A DNA stretch of 64,000 bases from Candidatus Heimdallarchaeum endolithica (GCA_021513715.1 CP084167.1:672001-736000); one strand, 5' to 3'; positions 11,175-21,373 are shown, counted from the stretch's first letter. Notes: generated from the sequence alone by a model not told the origin. Numbers and translations are program-made.

Positions 11175-11549
11175 ATGAAAGATCTTGATGAATTTAAAAA
11201 ATTCAGACAAAAAATGAATGAAAAAATCTTTTTCTATGGAAACAAGCAAATAAACAGATTTTTCTCTTTAGACTCTCAATCTTATCGCGAAGGAGCTTTA
11301 ACTGAAAAAGTGAAAGAACTTTTAGGTTTAGCTACATCTACTGTTTTAAGATGTGAAGATTGTATTACATATCATATTATTCGTGCTGTTCAAGTTGGAT
11401 GTTCAGACGAAGAGATAATAGAAACACTAGAAATAGCTTTGATCGTTGGAGGTTCAATAGTTATACCTGAACTACGAAGAGCAGTATCTACGTTAGAAGA
11501 ACTAAGAGAAAGACAAAAGAAAGGAATAAACATTGATGAACTTGTTTAA
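11175..11549 (+). CDS. Carboxymuconolactone decarboxylase/AhpD family protein
   Basis: GALTEKVKELLGL...RCEDCITYH. Confidence 0.9.
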   Translation: MKDLDEFKKFRQKMNEKIFFYGNKQINRFFSLDSQSYREGALTEKVKELLGLATSTVLRCEDCITYHIIRAVQVGCSDEEIIETLEIALIVGGSIVIPELRRAVSTLEELRERQKKGINIDELV

Positions 11550-11617
11550 TAATTTTCCATTTTTTGTCTAATTTCTTTTGTTAAAATTAAGAACAATACA
11601 AGTAATAGTAGCTTTAG

Positions 11618-12148
11618 TTAACTATAAGTTTTTAACTTATCTAACTCTTGATGTAACAAAGTTTTAGCTTCTAGATTTTTTGAATTGATTCTTAAAGCTT
11701 TTTGAAAACATCTAATAGCTTCTTCTCCAGCAAGAACTTTACCCAGGCTTATCCAATCGCTCTCAGATTGGGGTTTTTGGTCACCTAACACGAATTTTAA
11801 ACCTTCTTGAGGTTTACCAAAATCAACAAAGACTACATGTTGTTGGATAAGTCCTGTAGATTGGACATTAGGTAATATTGTTTTCAGCAGTGTTTCTTTG
11901 TAAGTTGGCTCTTGATGTTTCTTAGAAACTAACCAATACCACTCAGTGACTTCATCTTTTATCTTAGTAACTAGAATATGAGATTTGTATTTTACTTCAG
12001 TTTTGCATTTTGGGCACTTGTAGACATTTATTTTTCCATTCAAGATCTGCTTTAATCTAAATGGTTCCTCGTTCAAATTTATAGATGAGCAAGCTCGAAT
12101 TTCAAACTCTTTCGAGCAATTTGGACAAATGATAACCTCTTTTTCCAT
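11618..12148 (-). CDS. CpXC-like zinc-binding protein with C-terminal TPR-like helix pair
   Basis: CPNC and CPKC; EAIRCFQKALRIN. Confidence 0.65.
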   Translation of the reverse strand: MEKEVIICPNCSKEFEIRACSSINLNEEPFRLKQILNGKINVYKCPKCKTEVKYKSHILVTKIKDEVTEWYWLVSKKHQEPTYKETLLKTILPNVQSTGLIQQHVVFVDFGKPQEGLKFVLGDQKPQSESDWISLGKVLAGEEAIRCFQKALRINSKNLEAKTLLHQELDKLKTYS

Positions 12149-12238
12149 TGAGCCCCCCTTTTTCAGACTCTAAATATAACATATATAGATTAAGTTTATA
12201 AATCTACTTATTTACAAAAAACCAGTTAGTTTATTGCA

Positions 12239-12276
12239 AAAATATGGCTTCTTAAGACTTATAGCAGCCATATTTT
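12239..12276. promoter_or_regulatory. Imperfect 38-bp palindrome in a divergent intergenic region
   Basis: AAAATATGGCT...AGCCATATTTT arms with further internal pairing. Confidence 0.4.
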
Positions 12277-12345
12277 AAATTTGATATCTTTCTTTTGTCT
12301 ATTTTTTCTTCGACAGAAAAAAAAAATGTCTATATTTTTCATAGA

Positions 12346-12383
12346 CACATTTTTTTCTCACATTTTTTTCTCACATTTTTTTC
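12346..12383. repeat. 13-bp tandem repeat x3 (CACATTTTTTTCT)
   Basis: Read directly; the third copy differs at its last base. Confidence 0.85.
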
Positions 12384-12506
12384 AAAGAGTAATTACGCAT
12401 TTGATTACCATTTTTGTATTTTAAATATGTATTAAGTTTTCTTGAAATAAAAAACAATATTTCTGTTACAGAAAAAATCTTTTTATACTGAAAAGTCTCT
12501 TTTAAA

Positions 12507-13136
12507 ATGAATTCAATGATTCCGCGAACTTCAATGCTCAAACCTAAATTAATTAAGAAGATGATGGCAGAAAGCGAAAAAAAAATCAGAGTCGAAAAAG
12601 AATCTATTAATGCTATTAATGTTTTTCCTGTTCCAGATGGAGATACAGGAGCTAATATGTATTTTACTATAAAGAAAATTGTTGAAGAAGTTCAAAATGT
12701 TACTGATGAAGAAAAAATTCTTTCAGCTATCAACAGAGGAGCTTTTTTAGGTGCTAAAGGCAACTCTGGTGTAATCTATTCTCAATTTTTAATAGGTGTA
12801 GTTGAAAGTCTTGAAGAACAACAAAAAATAACTATCTCTTCTTTCTCTAAAGGATTTGCTCAAGGAGTAGAATATGCTTACGATGCAGTTATGAACCCTG
12901 TTGAAGGAACAATATTGACAGTGATTAGAAAAGTATCTGAAAAAGCAGCTGAAATAGCTGACAGAAATGAAGAAATTGGTTGGATAGAGTTTTTTGATGC
13001 TTTAATAGAAACAGCTTACAAGGCTCTAAAAGAAACACAAGATCAACTTGAAGTATTAAAAGATGCAGGAGTAGTAGATGCAGGTGCAAAAGGTTTTGTT
13101 CATATACTAGAATCATGGAGAAAAGCTTTAGAGTAA
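12507..13136 (+). CDS. Stand-alone DAK2 domain protein (FakA-like N-terminal domain)
   Basis: INAINVFPVPDGDTGANM, GAKGNSG, PVEGTILTV, GVVDAGAKG. Confidence 0.9.
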   Translation: MNSMIPRTSMLKPKLIKKMMAESEKKIRVEKESINAINVFPVPDGDTGANMYFTIKKIVEEVQNVTDEEKILSAINRGAFLGAKGNSGVIYSQFLIGVVESLEEQQKITISSFSKGFAQGVEYAYDAVMNPVEGTILTVIRKVSEKAAEIADRNEEIGWIEFFDALIETAYKALKETQDQLEVLKDAGVVDAGAKGFVHILESWRKALE

Positions 13137-13204
13137 CAAAATTTACTAAAATAATGTCTTTTTATTTAATTACCTTTAAATAATATTAACATCCTTTTTT
13201 TGAT

Positions 13205-14530
13205 ATGACTACTTCCGAGGAGTCAATACCAAGTGATAAATTTCTGAACATAGAAAAAAATAAGATAGCAAATGAAGAGATATATAAAGAAACAGATAAG
13301 GAAAAAGTAATTATAACCCCCAAAACAATGAAAAAAAGGAGTAAATTAGATTTATATTACTTTAGCACTGAAATAATACTTATGATTGCAGGTATTGTTA
13401 TACTATTTTTAGTTTCAATTAAACCTTCTCTTTTCTTTGAGCATGATTTGATAATAAATAGAGATGAGTATGGAACAGTAATTAGCACATATATGTATTT
13501 TGGTGATTTATCCCCATTGGCATTAGGACTTACAGCTGTATGTTTGATGTTTCCTCTGTTAAACAACTATCTGTACATTTTTGTACTAGAAAGTGAAAAA
13601 AGGTTAAAAGCTTACATAATTCGAGCTGCCATAAATGCAATAGCTTTTGCAGTAATACTAGCCATAAATGCAAATGGAATTTATTTTGACAATAATTATT
13701 CACTTGCTGTTTTTATTGCTTTCTATACTCTTTTTGGGGACTTTTACTTAAGAACACTTTTATTATTTACAAGGAAGCAATCTAAAAGCATTTTATTCAG
13801 CAAACTAGAGTCAGCTTCACCAGCAGAAATAGAATGGAAAAAATACAACAAAATTTCAGGTTACCTAGCTTTAATTTTAGGAATATTCATGCTGCAATTT
13901 ATCTGGTTGATTTACCATCTTGTAATTAGGCCTGTAAAAATTAACAGAACTAAGGATCAACTAATCATTGAATTTTTGGAATTTGGTCAAGAGGTAAATT
14001 GTAGTAAAATTGCCCTAGAATTAGCTATATCATTGGAAGAAACAATTTATAGAATAAAGAGGCTAGTATTTAAAGAGCAAATAACTGGAGAGTTTACCCG
14101 TTATGGGTTTATTTTACATGAGATAAAAAATCCAAAATGGTTCTCAAATAAAGTATCAGAGAAATACGAATTGTTTATGCTAACTGTGGAAATGTCGGAA
14201 AAAGAAAAGCATGTTAACAGATTCTTTGATATTGCAGAAAGAAAAAAGATGAACGTAGACGAGTTAAGAAGAATTTTTAAGATAAAAGAAGACTATATTA
14301 TAAGAGATTTCATTTTGTTACTACCTCCTAATACAGTTAAATTAAAACGGAATATAGTATCAGGAAAACAGTTTATACTCTTTAACTACGAGCTAATCTT
14401 AATGAAAAGAAAGCAAATAAAAGAGAGCTTGCTCTATCATTTTGACGAAGTATTCAAACTGAAAATTGCTGATAAAACTCTTACAAAAACAAAAGCAAAA
14501 GCAAAAACAAAAGCAAAAGAAAAAAAATAA
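13205..14530 (+). CDS. Polytopic membrane protein with cytoplasmic winged-helix-like domain
   Basis: About 5 TM, then VNCSKIALELAISLEET...LVFKEQITGEF. Confidence 0.55.
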   Translation: MTTSEESIPSDKFLNIEKNKIANEEIYKETDKEKVIITPKTMKKRSKLDLYYFSTEIILMIAGIVILFLVSIKPSLFFEHDLIINRDEYGTVISTYMYFGDLSPLALGLTAVCLMFPLLNNYLYIFVLESEKRLKAYIIRAAINAIAFAVILAINANGIYFDNNYSLAVFIAFYTLFGDFYLRTLLLFTRKQSKSILFSKLESASPAEIEWKKYNKISGYLALILGIFMLQFIWLIYHLVIRPVKINRTKDQLIIEFLEFGQEVNCSKIALELAISLEETIYRIKRLVFKEQITGEFTRYGFILHEIKNPKWFSNKVSEKYELFMLTVEMSEKEKHVNRFFDIAERKKMNVDELRRIFKIKEDYIIRDFILLLPPNTVKLKRNIVSGKQFILFNYELILMKRKQIKESLLYHFDEVFKLKIADKTLTKTKAKAKTKAKEKK

Positions 14531-14673
14531 TCTTTAGTTTTTTTTCTTCTTTTAATATCTCTCTTATATGCTTTACTTACTTATAATTGAACATTTAGTA
14601 AATTTGAACATTTTCTACTACCCTTTGTGATTTTTAGAGAAAATTTATTTAGTAGCGTGACAATCAATTTTCT

Positions 14674-15744
14674 ATGATATGGCTTTCTTTATTTTATTCA
14701 ATTCTCTCCTTGGTAATCCTAATTGCTTTTCTTGCAGTTATTATTATAAAACAACTTGAACTTCGATGTACAGCTGTTTATTTTCTAATAATCGTTATTG
14801 TTTCAATTATTGGATGGGTTTTAGGAGATATGTTACAGATAGTTTTTAGTAGTTTGGAAAATAGAGGATTAGTGCTTATATTTTCTCGTTTAGCAACAAT
14901 AAGTAGTATGATTGCTATGATTAGTACAGTTTTATTTGCAAGAGTCTTAACTGCTAGACAAACATTAAACTCTACAACTGTAATTATTGCATTTGTTATG
15001 TTTAGTGCTGTTGTTGCACTAACTTTAAGCTCAAGCTATAGAGTAATTGACCCACCAAAGGAAGTTGAGTTTTATAAAACAGAAGCAGAACTCTTATGGG
15101 TTATATTAGACGGAGGTATGGTGATTTTTGCCGGTTCCATTTTCCTCTACTATCTTGTTAGACAAAGAAAAATAGTACAAAACAAGTATTTACCAGTTTT
15201 GACTTTAATGAGCGTGGGAGTAATCATTGCTTTCTACGTAAGTACCATCCTTTACACAATTTATGCAATATGGTTTATAGTTCCTTTATTGCATTTAGAA
15301 CTAGTAAGTGCAAGTATAGGGGCATTAATTATAGGAATCGCTATGATTAAAGGAGGAAAAGAAGCAATCTATTATTCTTCTAGAGTTTTTTCACTACATA
15401 TTTTTGATGATGTGGGAATAAGCTACTATGCTAGTGTATTTCAGTCAGGATATATTGTGGATGAACAACTGATCTCAGGAATAGCCTCTGCGATTATAAG
15501 CTTTGCAAAAGAGCTAGTAGGAAAAGATGTTTTTCCAAGAGAAATAGATTTAGATGACTACTCACTCTTACTAGCTAAAAAAGAGAATACCATAATCCTA
15601 ATTAGTGTTGAATACCCAACAGCTCACTTAAGACAAACTATGAACAATATTATTGAAAACTTTAGGATGGATATGAGTGATGATGAAATAGGGGAACTTG
15701 TTGAAAATTACATTTGTTTTGAACCAAGAAAACTAGTGCATTAA
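14674..15744 (+). CDS. 7-TM membrane protein with C-terminal longin-like domain
   Basis: Seven hydrophobic helices, then IFDDVGISYY...LISGIASAIISFAKE. Confidence 0.65.
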   Translation: MIWLSLFYSILSLVILIAFLAVIIIKQLELRCTAVYFLIIVIVSIIGWVLGDMLQIVFSSLENRGLVLIFSRLATISSMIAMISTVLFARVLTARQTLNSTTVIIAFVMFSAVVALTLSSSYRVIDPPKEVEFYKTEAELLWVILDGGMVIFAGSIFLYYLVRQRKIVQNKYLPVLTLMSVGVIIAFYVSTILYTIYAIWFIVPLLHLELVSASIGALIIGIAMIKGGKEAIYYSSRVFSLHIFDDVGISYYASVFQSGYIVDEQLISGIASAIISFAKELVGKDVFPREIDLDDYSLLLAKKENTIILISVEYPTAHLRQTMNNIIENFRMDMSDDEIGELVENYICFEPRKLVH

Positions 15745-16009
15745 AAGTCTATGCTTGTAAAACAATAGTAAGTTCCTTCAAACAACATTACTTCTTTTTT
15801 TTTAAACCATTCAAGTGGATAACAAATTTTTTGTTTAATGAACTTCAATAAAAATGAAGATAAAATTTTTCAAACTTTATTTAATTACAAAAAAAAGAAG
15901 GTTATTAATATCAAAAAAAGTCTTAAAAAGACCAAACTTGTAAGGTTATCATAAAAGCTAGTAAATTCAATTATAGTATGAAAAAGCAAGCAAAAATAGA
16001 GGATAAATA

Positions 16010-16456
16010 ATGAGTACTAATTCAAAGTTAATTAAACTTTCAACAATTGTAGCATTAATCGGTTTTCTAATTTCTCTTTTCCTTTTGTATTCTGAAATAA
16101 CAAATTCATTTTATTGTATAGTTGAAGAGCATTTTTTTGACTGTTCAAAAGTTAATAAGAGTTCTTATGCAAGTATTCTTGGCGTTCCAATAAGTCTTAT
16201 AGGTGTTATCTACTATTTGTCAATAATAATAGCAGCAATAATGATCAGTAAACAAATTAAGGATAAGATTTTGCTTGATTTTGTACTTCCTGTTGTTACA
16301 ACTTTAGGATTATTCTTTTCAATTTATTTAACTTTAATAGAAGCGATTGTAATACAAAAATTCTGTGAATACTGTTTAGTTTCAGCAATATGTAGTACTT
16401 CCTTGGCCGTAATTTACTTGATAAACCCCATTTCTAAACTCAAAGAAAAAAAATAG
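16010..16456 (+). CDS. Vitamin K epoxide reductase family protein
   Basis: Loop Cys pair, DCSKVNKSSYA, GVPISLIG, FCEYC. Confidence 0.9.
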   Translation: MSTNSKLIKLSTIVALIGFLISLFLLYSEITNSFYCIVEEHFFDCSKVNKSSYASILGVPISLIGVIYYLSIIIAAIMISKQIKDKILLDFVLPVVTTLGLFFSIYLTLIEAIVIQKFCEYCLVSAICSTSLAVIYLINPISKLKEKK

Positions 16457-16533
16457 AAAGTTAAACAATAACTAAAAATAATCTAGTAGAAATAATCAAA
16501 AACTTAAAATAAGCTAAAAATTTTTATTTATAT

Positions 16534-16573
16534 GGCTGAAGCAATAATATATTTTTGTATTTCCGCTTCAGCC
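16534..16573. terminator. GC-rich hairpin between convergent genes (terminator or small RNA)
   Basis: GGCTGAAGC...GCTTCAGCC. Confidence 0.35.
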
Positions 16574-16818
16574 CTCCCTCCCTCAATTTTCCGTTATAAT
16601 AATGCATTTACCCCCTACTCTTTTAAATTTAGACTTAAGAATGTCTTTAAAGAATTTAAAATAAAAAAGATGAAATTTAGTTAAGTAATATTCCTTTTTT
16701 CTCTTTTATTTCACTCCAGATCATTTCATCTTCAAAAAATAATCAAGACTCATTTCCTCTTTTAAACCATCTAATAGAAAGAGGTCATTAAAATAGAAAA
16801 AGAAAAAAATAATTTAAC

Positions 16819-18918
16819 TTACAAAATAGGAATTAATCCTGCTCCACCATTGATGAGCATTAATATTCCCATGAAGATGGATGATGTAAGACTCATTACT
16901 ACTAGTAGAGTGTTTATTGATGGTCCTGCTGTATCTTTGAATGGATCACCTACTGTATCTCCAGTTATAGCAGATTTATGTGTATGTGTTCCTTTTCCTC
17001 CTAGGTTTCCGTCTTCTATCCATTTCTTTGCATTATCCCAAGCTCCTCCTGCATTACTCATAAATATAGCAAACACAAAACCAGAGAGTATTGATCCTGC
17101 TAGAAATGCACCTAAGGAAGCTACTCCAAAGAATATTCCTACAAGTAGTGGTAACAGAATTGATATTAAACTTGGTAGTATTAACTGTTTTAATGATCCT
17201 TTTGTTGCAATCGAGATCGTTTTTGAGAAATCTGCTGGTTCTTCTCCTGTCAGAATCTTTGGATTTTCTTTAAACTGTCTTCTTATCTCATCAACCATTT
17301 TTGCTGCGTTTTTCTGTACTCCTAAAATCAGTACTGCACTAAACAATGCTGGAGCCATAACTCCAAAGAATGCACCTATTAACACATTTACTGATAGCAA
17401 GTTTATTCCACTTTCTATTATTCCAGCTTCTTGAGCATATGAGAACATTAGTGCTACAACAGCTAGATTTGCAGCTCCAATTGCAAAACCTTTGGTAATT
17501 GCTTTGGCTGTGTTTCCTGCAGAGTCTAATCTATCAGCAATGCGAATAGTTTCTTCTCCTAAACCACCTTGTTCAGCGATAGCTCTTGAATTGTCTACAA
17601 TTGGGCCATAGGCATCATTTGAAACAATAGTTCCTACAATAGCTAACATTCCTACTGCAGCCATTGCTACTCCAAATTGAGCATCAAGTAAGTAAGCTAA
17701 AAACATAGCTATAATTATGCCTACTCCTGGAGGAACAACACTTATAAGACCATAGGAAAATCCAGAAAGGATTACTAGTGCATCTCCTTCTTCTGCTGCT
17801 TTAGCGATGTTTCTTGTTGGTGGAAGATCATCCCTAGTAAAGTAGTCACTTGTCCAACCAATGACAATTCCGCTAGCAAGACCTAAGATAACAGCAAAGT
17901 AATTTCTCCACAGACGACTGATCTCTCCTTCAGTTAATGATTTATTCAAAGTCATTAACCAGACAATTAAAGCACCTAATGCTGCAAATATTAAAGTCGC
18001 AAGATAAGTTCCAAGATTTAAAGAACGCCCAGGATTATCAGAACTTATGAGTTTAATTATAAATATTCCAATCAATGAAGCAATAAGACCTATTCCAGAG
18101 AGAACAAGAGGATAAACAATAAAAGTTTCTTTAGCAGCAGTTAATATTAGTGAATTTGCCAGAATCATTGCAGCAACAATTGAAGCAACATAAGAGTCAA
18201 ATAGATCAGAACCCATTCCTGCTAAATCTCCTACATTGTCGCCTACATTATCAGCAATTGTAGCAGGATTTCTTACATCATCTTCAGGTAGATCAAACTC
18301 ACTTTTTCCTACTAAATCTGCTCCCACATCAGCTGTTTTAGTATATATTCCTCCTCCACATTTCATGAATAGAGCGATTGTACTAGCTCCAAAACTGAAA
18401 CCCAGTACTACATAAGGTGATTGGAATATCCAGTACAAACCTGAAACACCTATTAGCGCAGCTCCTACTACAGCCAATCCCATCACAGCTCCACCAAAGA
18501 AAGCAATGTCAAAACCTTTCTTTGTTCCTACAGTACAACCTTGCGCAGCTCTTGTATTTGCTTTGACTCCAACCATCATTCCTAACCAACCAGCGATCAT
18601 GCTTGCTGCAGAACCTATAAGGTAAGCTATCGCTTGTTCCCAATTCAGATCTCCAGAAACTACAGGTACTTTATGGTTAGTCATATCTGAAGGTAAGAAT
18701 AGTAGGATTACTAAGAATAGTATAAATACAAAGATGCTAAGCACTGTGTATTGAACCTTCAAGTAAGTTTCTGCCCCTTTTTCTATATAGCCTGAAACTT
18801 CTTGCATTTTTTCATTTCCAGGGTCTTCTTTCATAACTAAGAAAGCGAAGAAAACCGCCATTCCTATCGAAATTACACCTGCTATCAGCGATACAAGTAA
18901 AATTAACGGTACAGCCAT
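16819..18918 (-). CDS. hppA: Membrane-bound pyrophosphatase, probably K+-independent H+-PPase
   Basis: GGGIYTKTADVGADLVGK, DNVGDNVGD, GDTVGDPFKDT; Lys in GNTAKA marks the K+-independent type. Confidence 0.93.
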   Translation of the reverse strand: MAVPLILLVSLIAGVISIGMAVFFAFLVMKEDPGNEKMQEVSGYIEKGAETYLKVQYTVLSIFVFILFLVILLFLPSDMTNHKVPVVSGDLNWEQAIAYLIGSAASMIAGWLGMMVGVKANTRAAQGCTVGTKKGFDIAFFGGAVMGLAVVGAALIGVSGLYWIFQSPYVVLGFSFGASTIALFMKCGGGIYTKTADVGADLVGKSEFDLPEDDVRNPATIADNVGDNVGDLAGMGSDLFDSYVASIVAAMILANSLILTAAKETFIVYPLVLSGIGLIASLIGIFIIKLISSDNPGRSLNLGTYLATLIFAALGALIVWLMTLNKSLTEGEISRLWRNYFAVILGLASGIVIGWTSDYFTRDDLPPTRNIAKAAEEGDALVILSGFSYGLISVVPPGVGIIIAMFLAYLLDAQFGVAMAAVGMLAIVGTIVSNDAYGPIVDNSRAIAEQGGLGEETIRIADRLDSAGNTAKAITKGFAIGAANLAVVALMFSYAQEAGIIESGINLLSVNVLIGAFFGVMAPALFSAVLILGVQKNAAKMVDEIRRQFKENPKILTGEEPADFSKTISIATKGSLKQLILPSLISILLPLLVGIFFGVASLGAFLAGSILSGFVFAIFMSNAGGAWDNAKKWIEDGNLGGKGTHTHKSAITGDTVGDPFKDTAGPSINTLLVVMSLTSSIFMGILMLINGGAGLIPIL

Positions 18919-19083
18919 TTTTTTATACTCCTATTTTTTTCTTCTTTTCCGTATCATACACCCGTATTTAAAATTTGTGCAAATTAAAGTTAATAAGTTT
19001 AACAATTTTTTTAATAAAATAATTTATGTTAAATAGTTCAACGATGAAGAAAAATGAGTTTAGGGCATACAAAAAGAAAAAAT

Positions 19084-19372
19084 TCATTTCATTTTTTTTA
19101 ACTCTCTTCCAAATAAAAATACAGTTAAGATTGTAGCCCCCAAAGCAAGTAAAAACAAATAAATTAAAGTTATTTCGAATGGAGAATTATCCAGAAATTA
19201 GCCAAAAGACCAAGGAAAGACAGCTGCTAATGTGTTGGGTATTGCAAACAAGAAACCAAGTGCTGTTGACCTATTTCCTGATGCACTTCTTCTCTTACAT
19301 ATCTTGTACTTGCTACACTACTAAAGTGTAAAAAGGCTATGAAAGCAAAATAAAATATTATTATTCCACATG
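19084..19372 (-). pseudogene. 3' fragment of an MFS gene, paralog of 22084-23337
   Basis: Reverse complement aligns with about 23045-23337; contains a 1-nt frameshift and a TAC>TAA stop; truncated at or within a few bases of CATG 19369. Confidence 0.85.
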
Positions 19373-19773
19373 TTCGAGAAGGTAAAGGAAAAGGAAAAAG
19401 TACTCGTAAGTTTCGCAGGAAACTTCATCAGTGGAACTTTTCTCTTGTCCTTGCTCTTCTCCGTCGGACACTAATATTAAGAGGTTTTGACCCTCATCGA
19501 ATATTAACAATAGAAGAAAGAGGGACATCTTCTCACTGTGCTCGTTACGGGAAGAAAGTTATCCGTCCAGTAAGAGGTTTAGTTCATTGTTCTTCTTGCA
19601 ATTACACTTTCCACTCTGACCTCACAGGGGCAATAAATATCGCTCGTAAGTTCCTTGGGGCTCTTTTCCGTCCTCGAGGAACAACTATCACTGATTACCT
19701 CACTGGTCAAAGGTTCAGTTCTACCCATTTCACTGTTTGCCGAGGGCTCAGCCATTGGTTGCAGTCCCAGTAG
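19369..19773 (+). pseudogene. tnpB: tnpB C-terminal fragment, 134 codons, no start codon
   Basis: Translates ...EERGTSSHCARYGKKVIRPVRGLVHCSSCNYTFHSDLTGAINIA...GLSHWLQSQ*, matching the 37211 ORF. Confidence 0.9.
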
Positions 19774-20029
19774 ATGAAAAAGGACTTAACTAATTCTATC
19801 CTCTTATATTTGAGGTTTAGTTCTTTCTTTTTTGTCTCTCGTGGAGTGAAGAAAGATAGAAAGAAAAACTTTCTTTTCTTCTTTATGATTCCCACGATTC
19901 GTGTATGATGTCTGTCTCAACTCTTCATAGCATTGTATGACTTGGTTGAGTTCAAGAGATTAAACTTTTACTTGTTTTTTCTCTTGCAAGACAGAGTGCG
20001 AAAAACTTTACGTAAAAAAGTAAATCATG
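19774..20029 (+). ncRNA. Putative omega-RNA scaffold (remnant copy)
   Basis: TCGTGG(19839)/CCACGA(19892) and TCTGTCT(19911)/AGACAGA(19989) stems equivalent to those at 38767-38870. Confidence 0.65.
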
Positions 20030-20083
20030 ACAAAATACTGCATCTTCTGGTGTTTTTGATCCACATTTTGTACAATATTTCAT
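20026..20083 (-). pseudogene. 5' stub of a zinc-ribbon gene cut at CATG
   Basis: GGTGA RBS then MKYCTKCGSKTPEDAVFCH, broken before the fourth Cys exactly at the element end. Confidence 0.65.
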
Positions 20084-20133
20084 AAACATTCACCCATATT
20101 ACTACCATAGTAGTAATACTATCTTATATAAAT

Positions 20134-20688
20134 CTATTCAAATCTTTTAGAAGTGAAAGTGAACACATGTTGAATAAAGGATTTGGGGGTGAACCCTCTC
20201 CTAAAGTAAAGAATTGAAAGAAATACTAAACTTAAGAAACCTCCAATTTCATTATAATAGACATAAGGTTGTAAAAGAAACTGAAAGTATGTTTGTGTTT
20301 TTGGTTGAAAAGTATAGTTTACAAAGGGGAAAAACCAAGGAATAAATCCTGCTGTATCTAAAATGATATGCATTATCCAACCCAGAATCAATGCAGAATA
20401 AACAGTGGGTTTTTTCCTGAAAACAACTATGAATAAAATGAACATCAGTATAGCAAATGGAATTGAATGACCAATGTATCTTCCATAACCTGTTATAGGC
20501 TCTGAAATGAGTTTATCAATAATATCTGGTCCAAGAGCTCCAATTATTAGGGGAATAAAAGCAAAATGAACTATCCCCCAACTATCTGTAGGTTCTAAAT
20601 TTTTCTTTTTTAGAAGTAACCAATAATAAAGATGAGCTATAATTTCTGCTGTTAATAATGTGTATCCAATGTGGGCAATTAAGAACAT
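20134..20688 (-). CDS. Membrane-bound metal-dependent hydrolase (YdjM-like)
   Basis: N-terminal His, GALGPDIIDK, RYIGHS, HIILD. Confidence 0.75.
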   Translation of the reverse strand: MFLIAHIGYTLLTAEIIAHLYYWLLLKKKNLEPTDSWGIVHFAFIPLIIGALGPDIIDKLISEPITGYGRYIGHSIPFAILMFILFIVVFRKKPTVYSALILGWIMHIILDTAGFIPWFFPFVNYTFQPKTQTYFQFLLQPYVYYNEIGGFLSLVFLSILYFRRGFTPKSFIQHVFTFTSKRFE

Positions 20689-20720
20689 TCAAATCTTTTC
20701 TCCGAGTTGAGTTATAGTTT

Positions 20721-21287
20721 CTATTTTTTTGCTTTATGATGTTTATAAATATTTTTAGTTAATGCATCAAGTAATTGAGTTAACCCTTTACCTGAAATTG
20801 CTGAGACTTCAAAGAATTCATTGTTAATGTTCTCTCTAGCTGATGTACGGTTTAATCTAAGACAAAAAGCTTGTGCGTCTATAGGATTTAATGTTCTATT
20901 TCTTACATTAGGGTTATTTCGAAGATCAATTTTATTTCCTACTAGAACTATTGGAATCTTCCCTTTTCTATTGTAATTGATCAATTGCTCTAACCAGAAT
21001 GTTACTCTTCTAAATGTCTCTGCTTTTGTAATATCAAAAACTATAAACGCTCCATCAGCTCCTAAATACCATTTAGTTCTTTGAGGAGAGGATAATAGTT
21101 CTCTTGCAGGTAAATCATAAAGGTCAAAAGCTACTTCTTCTCCTTGTATTGTGCGAAAAACTTTTACAATCTCCGCTTTTAGAGAAGGAACCTTCTCTTT
21201 ATTTTTTTCATTTTGAACTATTTTCTTAAATAAAGTAGTTTTACCTACGCTGTTATCACCTATAAAAAGAATCTTAAATGTGAGCAT
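20721..21287 (-). CDS. Rab-like small GTPase with degenerate G3 motif
   Basis: G1 GDNSVGKT, G3 DLPAR, G4 NKID, G5 EVSA. Confidence 0.88.
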   Translation of the reverse strand: MLTFKILFIGDNSVGKTTLFKKIVQNEKNKEKVPSLKAEIVKVFRTIQGEEVAFDLYDLPARELLSSPQRTKWYLGADGAFIVFDITKAETFRRVTFWLEQLINYNRKGKIPIVLVGNKIDLRNNPNVRNRTLNPIDAQAFCLRLNRTSARENINNEFFEVSAISGKGLTQLLDALTKNIYKHHKAKK

Positions 21288-21373
21288 TGTTTTTCCTCAG
21301 AAACATTCATTTATTAGTATATACTTAAAAGAATCACTTAAAGTATAAAAAATTAATGTATTAGCTACTTTAC

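Larger units (their letters stand above)
19369..20029 (+). mobile_element. 3' remnant of a CATG-ended TnpB element (tnpB C-terminus, RNA structure, right end)
   Basis: Homologous to the 3' part of the 37114-38904 element; ends TTACGTAAAAAAGTAAATCATG. Confidence 0.85.

Noticed and set aside
16534-16573. Hairpin as SECIS, tRNA or riboswitch
   Set aside because: No diagnostic motifs and no in-frame TGA selenoprotein nearby; kept only as a generic hairpin.
19707-19895. 62-aa minus ORF, and likewise 26957-27142 and 35180-35428
   Set aside because: These are antisense or off-frame readings of mobile-element sequence.
20066-20075. TTTTGTACAA box (also TGTACA near 3310 and 48206) as further element ends
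   Set aside because: No CATG at the required 8-bp spacing; the 20066 copy is explained by YCTK codons.
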